Shown in pieces: positions 43,126 to 51,303 of a stretch of DNA of 64,000 nucleotides. The notes under the pieces were generated by a model, which saw nothing but the letters and a program-made list of their open reading frames with translations, did not search any database and was not told the DNA's origin. Numbering within the stretch: the stretch's first letter is position 1; every line of letters starts with the position of its first letter. Source of the stretch: an uncultured Gammaproteobacteria bacterium. GTDB lineage: Bacteria; Patescibacteriota; Microgenomatia; CAYXHB01. The translations under genes and the position numbers were made by a program. The stretch is from the NCBI GenBank assembly GCA_964561945.1, contig CAZLQM010000002.1, positions 13,087 to 77,086 of the forward strand, written 5' to 3'.

Positions 43126-44325
43126 ATGAATCTACACTCAAACCAAACCTACTGGCCCACCAAAAACAACTCTCTTCCCCAGTTCCCTTCATTAAACTCC
43201 AACGAAACATGTGAGGTAGTAATAATCGGCGGCGGCATAACTGGAGCTCTCATTGCTGATTCTTTTTCTCAAGCTAATATCCCAATAACCGTCATCGACA
43301 AACGCAAAATTGGCCACGGTAGCACTAGTGCATCTACAGCTCTCCTACAATACGAAATAGATATCCCTCTTTACAAATTATCCCAACAAATCGGAAAACC
43401 CAAGGCTATCACTGCCTACCAACTATGCGCCCAAGCCATCTCGTACATCGATCAACGAATCCAAACTCTAGACTCAAACTGCAATTTTGCATACCATCCC
43501 AGTCTATATTTTTCTAATATAAGTGATGACCCAATTAATCTAAAAAAAGAATTTGTAGCCCGCCAAGAGGCTGGTTTTGATGTCCGATACTTACAATCTA
43601 ACCAAATCCAAAATCAATATCACTTCACTGCTACCTCAGCAATTCAGTCACAGCTCGCAGCCCAAGTTGACCCCTACCAACTCACCCATGCACTTCTCGA
43701 ATCTGCTCAAAAAAGAGGTGCCAAAATATACGCCAACACCTCTATTACAAATATTGACACCAGCTCCAACGTCACTCTAACCTGCCAAAACGGCAACACT
43801 ATTTATGCTAAAAAAGTAATCTTTGCCACGGGCTACGAAACCCAAAAGTATCTCCAAGAAAAAACCGCTAAACTCCTCAGCACCTACGCCTGTGTCACCC
43901 AACCTTTGCCCGAAAAATACATTTGGTCCAATCGCTCTCTGCTATGGAACACCAATGATCCCTATTTCTACGCCCGCACCACCTCAGATAATCGTATTTT
44001 GTTTGGTGGAGAAGACATCCAATCCTCCGATGATCATCAAAGAGACCAAAAAATCAATTCCCAAACCCAAGCCCTCAGCCAAACCCTATCCCAGCTTTTT
44101 CCTGATATACCCTTCAAAATCCAATACTCATGGGCAGGCACATTCGGAGAGACCACCGACGGATTACCCTACATCGGCATATCCCCCGAATGGAACAATG
44201 CTTACTTTGCCTTAGGCTACGGAGGCAACGGAATTACCTTTAGTGCTATCGCCGCTCAAGCGCTACTTGCATTACATCAAGGACACGCCCCTCAGTATCT
44301 AGACCTATTTAGATTCGGCAGATAA
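43126..44325 (+). CDS. FAD-dependent oxidoreductase (DAO family)
   Basis: VIIGGGITG, GSTSASTALL, FATGYE, DGLPYIG, GYGGNGITF. Confidence 0.9.
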   Translation: MNLHSNQTYWPTKNNSLPQFPSLNSNETCEVVIIGGGITGALIADSFSQANIPITVIDKRKIGHGSTSASTALLQYEIDIPLYKLSQQIGKPKAITAYQLCAQAISYIDQRIQTLDSNCNFAYHPSLYFSNISDDPINLKKEFVARQEAGFDVRYLQSNQIQNQYHFTATSAIQSQLAAQVDPYQLTHALLESAQKRGAKIYANTSITNIDTSSNVTLTCQNGNTIYAKKVIFATGYETQKYLQEKTAKLLSTYACVTQPLPEKYIWSNRSLLWNTNDPYFYARTTSDNRILFGGEDIQSSDDHQRDQKINSQTQALSQTLSQLFPDIPFKIQYSWAGTFGETTDGLPYIGISPEWNNAYFALGYGGNGITFSAIAAQALLALHQGHAPQYLDLFRFGR

Positions 44326-44352
44326 ACAATTCTCTCAACCCTGTTATCTTCC

Positions 44353-44628
44353 TTACTTTAATCCCAAACGGTCTATAAGAATATTTCTCGGATAAAACTG
44401 AACTAAATTGATTGCAAGAGAAAAACTGCCATCCTTTAATTTCTTTTCCTCAATGACAAATTGCTCATTAACTCCACACTCTGCCTGCTCAACAACTTGA
44501 TCCCAAACCAATCTCACCCCACGCTTCACATCTTCACTATCACAAATTATCCCAGCTTCCTCTGATACAACACAAGGGATGTAACGCTCTCCATTCATGA
44601 GAGCAATTCTAACACACGTAATTACCAC
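44353..44628 (-). CDS. Hypothetical protein
   Basis: 91-aa ORF without a motif. Confidence 0.35.
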   Translation of the reverse strand: MVITCVRIALMNGERYIPCVVSEEAGIICDSEDVKRGVRLVWDQVVEQAECGVNEQFVIEEKKLKDGSFSLAINLVQFYPRNILIDRLGLK

Positions 44629-44753
44629 AACAGTTTAATCTAATTTCTTTAATTACTTCATCCCGAACTAGCTCAAACATTAATTCTGCCAAAATACCCA
44701 AAAATCAACCACAACCCCTACTCACGCCATTGAGTCTATCCCAAAATAACCTT

Positions 44754-44975
44754 TTAGTTATTTTTTGAAAAAAATCTAGTCAGCGGTCTAATTGCAAAAA
44801 TCACCAGCCCAAAAAACAATATCCAAGGATTAACCGACAGGAAAAAATTCGCAAACGCTGGCCAAACCGCCAACAAAAACATCACAAAAAACATCACCGC
44901 TATTTTGGTGCTGCCCATATCCCACATATCTAGATTTTTAATTCTTTTGTTTAATTCATCTATCACATATATCAC
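44754..44975 (-). CDS. Small two-TM membrane protein
   Basis: IKNLDMWDMGSTKIAVM followed by two TMs. Confidence 0.6.
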   Translation of the reverse strand: MIYVIDELNKRIKNLDMWDMGSTKIAVMFFVMFLLAVWPAFANFFLSVNPWILFFGLVIFAIRPLTRFFSKNN

Positions 44976-45096
44976 CTCCTTTTATTTTCATATACAACCT
45001 CATTATCCTACTAATCCGCTATATTGTAAAAAGATCTTCACACCTTTCCGATTCAATAAAACACACCCTCACCATCATGCTAAAATTTTTGTAAAC

Positions 45097-45855
45097 ATGA
45101 AACATCGACTCTCCCTAGTCATCCGCATTGCTATTTTTATATTCCTCTGGCTATTTGGTGTTCCTTATATATTTAGCTTTTTTGCAGAAAAATCTCACCT
45201 CCTAAATCTCCCAGGTTTTGATTATCCCGACACCATTATTAGTCCCATAATTTTCCTAATGCTTTTCTATTTCTACTACCCAATACTAAAAAAATATCAT
45301 TTCAAACCCTGCACCTCTTCCGTATTTGCAGGATTAATTCTTTTTATCTCTGCATCATTATCATATCTCAACCTCTATTCTTGGTTTTATAACCTATACA
45401 TAAACGGTCATATCCTTAATCCATGGCTCCAACTTGCAATTATTTATACCATCCTAATCGGCATATATGGTGGACTATTTTTAGCAATATTTTCATACAA
45501 ATTCATAACCTCGCACAAATCTCTGATTCTAACTTTTTTTATCTTCAACACAACTTATTACATCCTCTATTACTACCTTTTTGCAAACTGGAGTATCTTT
45601 TCTTCCATCACTACAATTCTCGTCTTCCACGCTCTCAAGCTTTTTCTCCCACAAACAAGCATGATCATTGACGGCACCAACATCAGTCTATTTATCAATG
45701 ATTTTTCAGTCGGGATCAGCAAAACCTGTTCCGGTGTCATGCTTATTCTACTTTTTTTTATTCTATACTCACTTTTCTGTTTCAAAAACCTCAAAAATAT
45801 TAAACTACCAAAAACAATATTTTTTTTACTCATAGGCACACTTCCTCGGATTTAA
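45097..45855 (+). CDS. Exosortase/archaeosortase-like membrane protein, apparently C-terminally truncated
   Basis: Multi-TM protein with FSVGISKTCSGVM catalytic-Cys context; ends before the usual NxxR and His helices. Confidence 0.55.
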   Translation: MKHRLSLVIRIAIFIFLWLFGVPYIFSFFAEKSHLLNLPGFDYPDTIISPIIFLMLFYFYYPILKKYHFKPCTSSVFAGLILFISASLSYLNLYSWFYNLYINGHILNPWLQLAIIYTILIGIYGGLFLAIFSYKFITSHKSLILTFFIFNTTYYILYYYLFANWSIFSSITTILVFHALKLFLPQTSMIIDGTNISLFINDFSVGISKTCSGVMLILLFFILYSLFCFKNLKNIKLPKTIFFLLIGTLPRI

Positions 45856-45893
45856 GCAATAACTCTCAAATCTAACGAAGCCATTTACATTCA

Positions 45894-46190
45894 TCAGTCC
45901 TCATAATCCACACATCCATACACCACATCCTCAAAAAATATCAATATCTCACCACTCCAAAAATATCTAGCATAACTTTTAAGTAATCCACATTTACTAC
46001 ATCGATAAGTAATTATTTCTTTAGAATTCTCCAATTTAGTAAATAATCCTCCTCCGCTTATCTTTGTAGTCCATTTGGATTTTACCGCACCGCCATATGC
46101 ATAGTCCGCGATAAAACCCGCTTCTCAAACACCTCCACATTCAGGACACTTTTGAGTTACTTCCACAAATTCTAAGTTTGATTTTAGCAT
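45894..46190 (-). pseudogene. Zinc-ribbon small protein with in-frame TGA
   Basis: MLKSNLEFVEVTQKCPECGGV*EAGFIAD...W...IITYRCSKCGLLKSYA; stop at 46125-46127. Confidence 0.65.
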
Positions 46191-46252
46191 ATATTACCCA
46201 AACCCCTTGCCTCACTCAACTAAGAAACAAACCTCTACGATTACCCCAAGCA

Positions 46253-46756
46253 TCATTCTCCAACCGCTTTTTTGATTGTCTCAATATCAAGCTTTTTCAT
46301 TGGCATAAATGCTTCTGTTACAGCCTCAGATTTATCTGGATCTCTCATATACTCATCCAAGATCCTAGGCGTAACCTGCCATGTCACACCGAATTTATCT
46401 ATACACCAACCACATTGTTCCGCTTCAGGTACAGCTGAGAGCTTTTCCCAAAAGAAATCGATTTCTTCCTGAGTTTCACATTCAATAATAAAAGAAACCG
46501 ATCCATTCAGCTTAAATTGTTCAATCGGTCCTCCATTCAGAGCCATAAAACTTATCCCGTCTAGTTCGCATTCAATAGCCATGACAGAACCTTCAGGCCG
46601 TCCAGAAACTTCTTCAGAAGCCTTAGGCGCTCTTGTAACATCTCCAAGTTTGGCCTCATGATTACCGGGCGCTGATCCAAAGACATCTAAATAATACTTC
46701 ACTGCCTCTTCTCCGTCATTATTAACAAACCAAATACATGTAATCAATCTACTCAT
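46253..46756 (-). CDS. VOC/PhnB-like (3-demethylubiquinone-9 methyltransferase family) protein
   Basis: ITCIWF, FMALNGGP, QEEIDFFWEKL, CGWCIDKFGVTWQ, MKKLDI. Confidence 0.9.
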   Translation of the reverse strand: MSRLITCIWFVNNDGEEAVKYYLDVFGSAPGNHEAKLGDVTRAPKASEEVSGRPEGSVMAIECELDGISFMALNGGPIEQFKLNGSVSFIIECETQEEIDFFWEKLSAVPEAEQCGWCIDKFGVTWQVTPRILDEYMRDPDKSEAVTEAFMPMKKLDIETIKKAVGE

Positions 46757-46866
46757 TCCACTTATTTTACTATATTGATTATAAAAATCTTCGTATTAAT
46801 ACTGTAAGAAATAAAACCAAATGCCCTACACCTAACCAATTCACATCTATTGAAAATATAATTATT

Positions 46867-46874
46867 GGCTCCCC
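46867..46874. repeat. att core, tRNA-distal end
   Basis: TGGCTCCCC is the reverse complement of tRNA-Asn 3' GGGGAGCCA, located at the composition break. Confidence 0.8.
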
Positions 46875-46998
46875 AATTCGGCAGTTATGTTGTATCAATT
46901 GTTTCCCCAGGATCTACTAGCACAAATGAAGATAAAACTAGAGATCCTAAAGGAGCTACTAGGATCAGAATCACAATATGAAACTGTGGAGGTGAAAA

Positions 46999-47202
46999 AT
47001 GGACAATTTTGCAGATTCGCTGTATAAAATAAGAACTAGGCAAGGTAAGTTTGTTAGCCAAGTAAAGCTCTCAAAACTTTCTGGATACACTCAAACCTAC
47101 ATTTCGTTAATCGAAACGGAGAGAGTAAATCCAAGCAAACGTTGTAAAAGAGATCTTCTCCGAGCTTTGGGCGTAGATTCCCCTCATACCTATATTTCAT
47201 AG
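46999..47202 (+). CDS. Xre/Cro-type HTH protein
   Basis: LYKIRTRQG...SQVKLSKLSGYTQTYISLIETERVNPS; strong SD GGAGGTG at 46988-46994. Confidence 0.85.
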   Translation: MDNFADSLYKIRTRQGKFVSQVKLSKLSGYTQTYISLIETERVNPSKRCKRDLLRALGVDSPHTYIS

Positions 47203-47213
47203 AGAGAATTAAG

Positions 47214-47592
47214 AAGATGTGTCGTCTTGGGTGCCCACCCTTGGCTTGCGGCCATCGTCTTGATTGTTTTGATAGAAGCGGTGAAACCCTAAGAAGTATC
47301 CGCAGGATCCCTTCAATATGAGTGATAATGCTCGAAGGGACGCCTAGACGTAACTAGGGATTGAGTCTAGGTAGAAGCCGTTGTTGCCCTAGCAAGGATG
47401 AGAGTGTAAGAACTGTACACACGGCAACCGTGCAGTCGCCAATGTGCAACCTCTTGAAAAGCCTGGGGTGAGGAAGAATCCAAGTCCTCAGATGCGTCCC
47501 TGAATGTAATTGCGGAGCTTCTATCAGCAAACACAAGACTACTAGGTATAAGGTTTTTCGGCATTAAATTGCCTAGGGGAACCTTATGCCTA
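47214..47592 (+). ncRNA. Candidate large structured ncRNA of unknown family
   Basis: Nested long-range helices (TGATAGAAGC/GCTTCTATCA, TCCGCAG/TTGCGGA, AGGGACGC/GCGTCCCT), many local hairpins, G-U pairs that favour the + strand, no credible ORF. Confidence 0.65.
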
Positions 47593-47647
47593 ATAAGGAA
47601 AAAAATAATCAAATAACAATTTCAATCTGGTGCTAAACTATAGATAT

Positions 47648-48286
47648 ATGAACACATCCAAGAAAATTCAACTTACCCTCGTAATAATTGCCCTGATTGT
47701 TGTTGGTGTGTTGATCTGGAACAGGAAGAAACAAAGCCAGGTTGTAGCAAACATCAATAGTTATGAAGATTGTGTAGCTGCTGGCTATCCCATCATGGAG
47801 ATCTATCCAGAGCAATGTAAAACCCCAGACAACCGTACCTTCACCAGACAAATTTCAGCTACTGACGATTGGCAAGAACAAACCATTGAAGAAATTGGCC
47901 TTACCTTGCGTTATCCCGCCAACCTTATATATAGACAAGAAATTGCAGACAACGCTGGCACCATTCGAGCCGTTGGGTTTTACCTAGAGAACAATGATCC
48001 AAACAAACCTTACACCCTCTATGGACTCTACCAAGCAGATCGGCCAGCTACTATAGATGATCTAGAGAGAGCCAAGACTGAAATGGACACCGCCACTATC
48101 AAACCAGTGGAAGTTGATGGCTTTAGCGGTATTGAAGGATTGATCGAGGGTGAGAAAACCCGTTATATCACCACTCTACTAGTTGGCGATAAACTCTTCT
48201 CCGTTTCCACAATTCCACCAACTCAAGAAAACAAGACTATAACAGACAATATCTTAGCAACGTTTGCTTTTAACAATGATAACTAA
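47648..48286 (+). CDS. Secreted/anchored protein with PsbP-like C-terminal fold
   Basis: TM, INSYEDCVAAGYPIMEIYPEQC motif, GLTLRYP, DNILATFAF. Confidence 0.7.
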   Translation: MNTSKKIQLTLVIIALIVVGVLIWNRKKQSQVVANINSYEDCVAAGYPIMEIYPEQCKTPDNRTFTRQISATDDWQEQTIEEIGLTLRYPANLIYRQEIADNAGTIRAVGFYLENNDPNKPYTLYGLYQADRPATIDDLERAKTEMDTATIKPVEVDGFSGIEGLIEGEKTRYITTLLVGDKLFSVSTIPPTQENKTITDNILATFAFNNDN

Positions 48287-48785
48287 CCTTGCATCTCAAC
48301 CCCTCATTTTGGTATTTTCCCTTGTCGTTTTGGCTGTTATCGCAGTATTGATTGGTAAAACTAAGCAAAAAACTAATCCTTCCAAATATAGCTACACCAA
48401 AAAAGATTTCTTCATGTCCCGAGCAGAACATGAGTGCTACGATGCCCTCATTCAAGCGGTTGGACACGACTACTATATCTTTGCCCAGGTACATCTACCC
48501 ACGATTGTCAGCCACACCATCAAAGGCCAGAGTTGGCATGGGGCGTTGAGTCACATCAACAGAAAGTCAGTTGATTTTGTTTTGTGTGATAAAAGCTATA
48601 TTTCCCCCAAACTAGCCATTGAGCTAGACGACAAGTCACACCAGGAGGAAGATAGAAAAATTCGGGATCAAGAGTTAGAGCGAATCTTATCCCAAGCAGG
48701 GGTTCCATTACTTCGTCTGGAGAATCACGGCAGTTTTGACAGTACAGCCATCCAAAAGCAAATTCAAGAAAAATTGCTCTCCTAA
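48276..48785 (+). CDS. DUF2726 protein (membrane-anchored nuclease-fold)
   Basis: FMSRAE, IFAQV, KSVDFVLCD, AIELDDKSH, RDQ, GVPLLR. Confidence 0.85.
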   Translation: MITNLASQPLILVFSLVVLAVIAVLIGKTKQKTNPSKYSYTKKDFFMSRAEHECYDALIQAVGHDYYIFAQVHLPTIVSHTIKGQSWHGALSHINRKSVDFVLCDKSYISPKLAIELDDKSHQEEDRKIRDQELERILSQAGVPLLRLENHGSFDSTAIQKQIQEKLLS

Positions 48786-48833
48786 AACCAATTTTTATCG
48801 AGAGATATCTTTACTTTCGCTAGTGACAGACTA

Positions 48834-51263
48834 CTAGTGTTTTTTTACACGCTCCTCAATAATCTCCTGTAAAACCTTCAAGTCTGCCTCGTTCCATAGC
48901 CTAAACCGCACCTGCCCATACTTATTATCTCGATCCAGTACCGATTCTGACTTAGATAATCTCTCCCTCAACACGGCAATTTCTTCAGGTGTCGTAAACT
49001 GCAACTCCCCATATACCCAATGATTAGCGTAGTAATAAAACAAAATCATCTCATCGTCTTTTTTCAGACTATGATATGAACCTGCCCCGCCTTTTTGGAT
49101 ATACACCTCACCATCTGGGAACGTCTTATTTATCCATTCGGGAATACTAGCCACCGCACCCCGCACAAATTCACTCTTCACCCGAGCAATCGTTTCCTCT
49201 TCGGTTTCGGGCAACTTAATCCCTTTCTCCTTAATCTCTCCCACATTCCCTTGCTCAACCACCTTACTCGTAGCCCGCAATATCTGGGAAAACCACTCCA
49301 ACGCTGCCTCTCCATCCCGCTGCAACACCCGATCAATCTCTCGATTGTGCTTCACTGCATTGCGAAAATCTTTGTAAGCAATAAACCGTTTCTCCACCTC
49401 AAACTTAGATCTGAATATCTGCTCAAAGTATTTCCAGTTTTTCAGGATGATATTGGAGTAATCCATAATGTCACAAAACTCCAACAAATCCTTAACCGTC
49501 AGCTCTTCCCATTTCTTAGAGGGGTTCTTTTTTAGAAACTGCGTGATCTTCTTTTTAGCATTACCCTGCACATCAGAAGGTATCACCTTATCCCAATAAT
49601 CCTCACCCTCCTCATCCAAAAGCACCGCATTTATCAACGCCCGCAGTTGGATTTCTATCTCATCAATCGCCTTATTGGCATTATGTCCCGCCACCTGCAA
49701 AATCTTAGAACCCACCAGCCGCTCAAACTCATCGAAAATAGCCTGTGATCTATTCTGGATAAACTCACCATAGTCATTATTACGAATCGAGTCATCGTAG
49801 GAAATCAGTTGTGCATCCAACGCTTCCCTAAAATCTGGGTTTTCCTGATCATATTCTGCAAAATAGTCACTAGGGGCTTTCCTGCGAATCTCCTTGTTTA
49901 ATTCAGCAGGAATAAAACAGAAGTTGGATAACAAATACTCTCCAGGGATTTTGTTAGCTTTGAGATAGTGGCGGGGAAAGATGTGGTGTTTCTCAGGGCT
50001 ATTAAACTCAGCACAGATGTTTCGATCCAAAGCAAAAGCCTGGTTGGTTTTGAAGTGTCGAGGTTGACGTAAGGCCAACATACAGAAAAAAGCGTTGCGA
50101 ATAGCCGACTTGGTGCTGATCCTACTCTTGGCGATCTTGTCCTTATCCAACGTGATCGGATAACTAATCTTCACTTCCTTACCCTCAACCAGCTTATCAA
50201 ACAACACCCGCCGATCCTCTTCCATCCGTGTCTCACGGGAGGTAGCGTACCGCTCGCTCAATGCCGACTGCCAAAACCACTCATGCACTCGCTCAGTCAT
50301 CACTTTATCTAACGATCTCCCAGGGATCTTAAAGTACAAATAGGCCAGCAGTGAGATCATGGGTGGATACGGTACAAACTCGTATATCTTGGCTCCCAAA
50401 TTGTTAGACAAAAAATCAACCGATAGCTTGATAGCGTTGGCAATCTCTTCCCAGTGTTCCTTCAACTCTTCTTTGTTTAGCTGTAGTTGGTACGACTTCC
50501 TGCAATAACCCTTAATAATCAGTGATGCTGCATGAACCACCACCTCAGGCGGGATCTTGCCAAACCCTTTATCTTCCAAATACTTAGCCAACTTTAGGTA
50601 TTCAACCTTCAAGTCAAAATCCTCACCCCACGTACTAGCCACCACTAAGTCAAAAATAGATAGTCGTTTACCACCCTGATTGATCCGCTCAAATATCACA
50701 ATCGCCTCATCCAATTCCTTCTCCCGAACAAAGATAACTGATAACGGATAGCTGGAAAAAATGCTGTTACACTTATCAAAGATCCGTTTCCGTTGATCGG
50801 TTAGTTTGTTGTACATCTGGAACTTGTTGTCTCCCAAAATATCCCGCAGTGGAGCAGCGTTGTCATGTTCCCGATACCGAATCACAAATTTTTCCTTGTC
50901 AAAGTCAAAACAAATCTGAGAGTAATCAGTGCCGTTAATGGTTAAGCCCTTGATAGCAGCATAGAGGGAAGTTGCCCGTTGTTGGCCGTCCAAGATGTAG
51001 CGAATTGAAGTGTAGGTGTCAGGTGTGGGCAAATCCAGTTCGGCGATGTTTCGATAAAACAGGTTATATTTCTTGTCAGCATCCCAGACAAAAAAGCTTC
51101 CAATCGGATACTCCTTATAGATAGAATCCAACAACTTCACCACTTTAGATCGTTCCCACACAAAATCTCTCTGAAATCTAGGGATCCTCAAATGCCCATG
51201 CTCGATGTCATGGACAATATCTGATAGCTTTAACTCATCAACTTTTATTTTCTGTATCTGCAT
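48834..51263 (-). CDS. GmrSD-like (DUF262 + HNH) protein with HEPN-like and additional C-terminal domains
   Basis: IPRFQRDFVW, YPIGSF, LDGQQR, FERINQGG; EKHHIFP...NFCFIPAELN; EIEIQLRALI...FRNAVKHNR. Confidence 0.85.
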   Translation of the reverse strand: MQIQKIKVDELKLSDIVHDIEHGHLRIPRFQRDFVWERSKVVKLLDSIYKEYPIGSFFVWDADKKYNLFYRNIAELDLPTPDTYTSIRYILDGQQRATSLYAAIKGLTINGTDYSQICFDFDKEKFVIRYREHDNAAPLRDILGDNKFQMYNKLTDQRKRIFDKCNSIFSSYPLSVIFVREKELDEAIVIFERINQGGKRLSIFDLVVASTWGEDFDLKVEYLKLAKYLEDKGFGKIPPEVVVHAASLIIKGYCRKSYQLQLNKEELKEHWEEIANAIKLSVDFLSNNLGAKIYEFVPYPPMISLLAYLYFKIPGRSLDKVMTERVHEWFWQSALSERYATSRETRMEEDRRVLFDKLVEGKEVKISYPITLDKDKIAKSRISTKSAIRNAFFCMLALRQPRHFKTNQAFALDRNICAEFNSPEKHHIFPRHYLKANKIPGEYLLSNFCFIPAELNKEIRRKAPSDYFAEYDQENPDFREALDAQLISYDDSIRNNDYGEFIQNRSQAIFDEFERLVGSKILQVAGHNANKAIDEIEIQLRALINAVLLDEEGEDYWDKVIPSDVQGNAKKKITQFLKKNPSKKWEELTVKDLLEFCDIMDYSNIILKNWKYFEQIFRSKFEVEKRFIAYKDFRNAVKHNREIDRVLQRDGEAALEWFSQILRATSKVVEQGNVGEIKEKGIKLPETEEETIARVKSEFVRGAVASIPEWINKTFPDGEVYIQKGGAGSYHSLKKDDEMILFYYYANHWVYGELQFTTPEEIAVLRERLSKSESVLDRDNKYGQVRFRLWNEADLKVLQEIIEERVKKH

Positions 51264-51303
51264 ATCGTATTTTAGTAATTATTACTAAACTCAACACATA
51301 AGG

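Noticed and set aside
46125-46127. TGA recoding (code 25 or selenocysteine)
   Set aside because: TGA ends several clear genes, long conserved genes have no in-frame TGA, and the position is not a Cys site.
47354-47371. Guide-like similarity of ncRNA CTAGGGATTGAGTCTAG to the tRNA-Asn T arm CTAGGTTCGAGTCCTAG
   Set aside because: Too short and gapped to distinguish from chance. It would need target/RNA covariation across homologs.
47276-47545. Group I intron (GCGGTGAAACCCTAA and ATCCGCAGG resemble P/Q; AGACTAC resembles R)
   Set aside because: No S element follows the R-like word, I could not build P3/P7, and no interrupted host gene is evident. Not excluded without an Infernal search.
47214-47592. 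RNase P RNA or tmRNA
   Set aside because: No intact GAGGAAAGUCC with its 3' P4 partner, and no tRNA-Ala-like ends or tag ORF.
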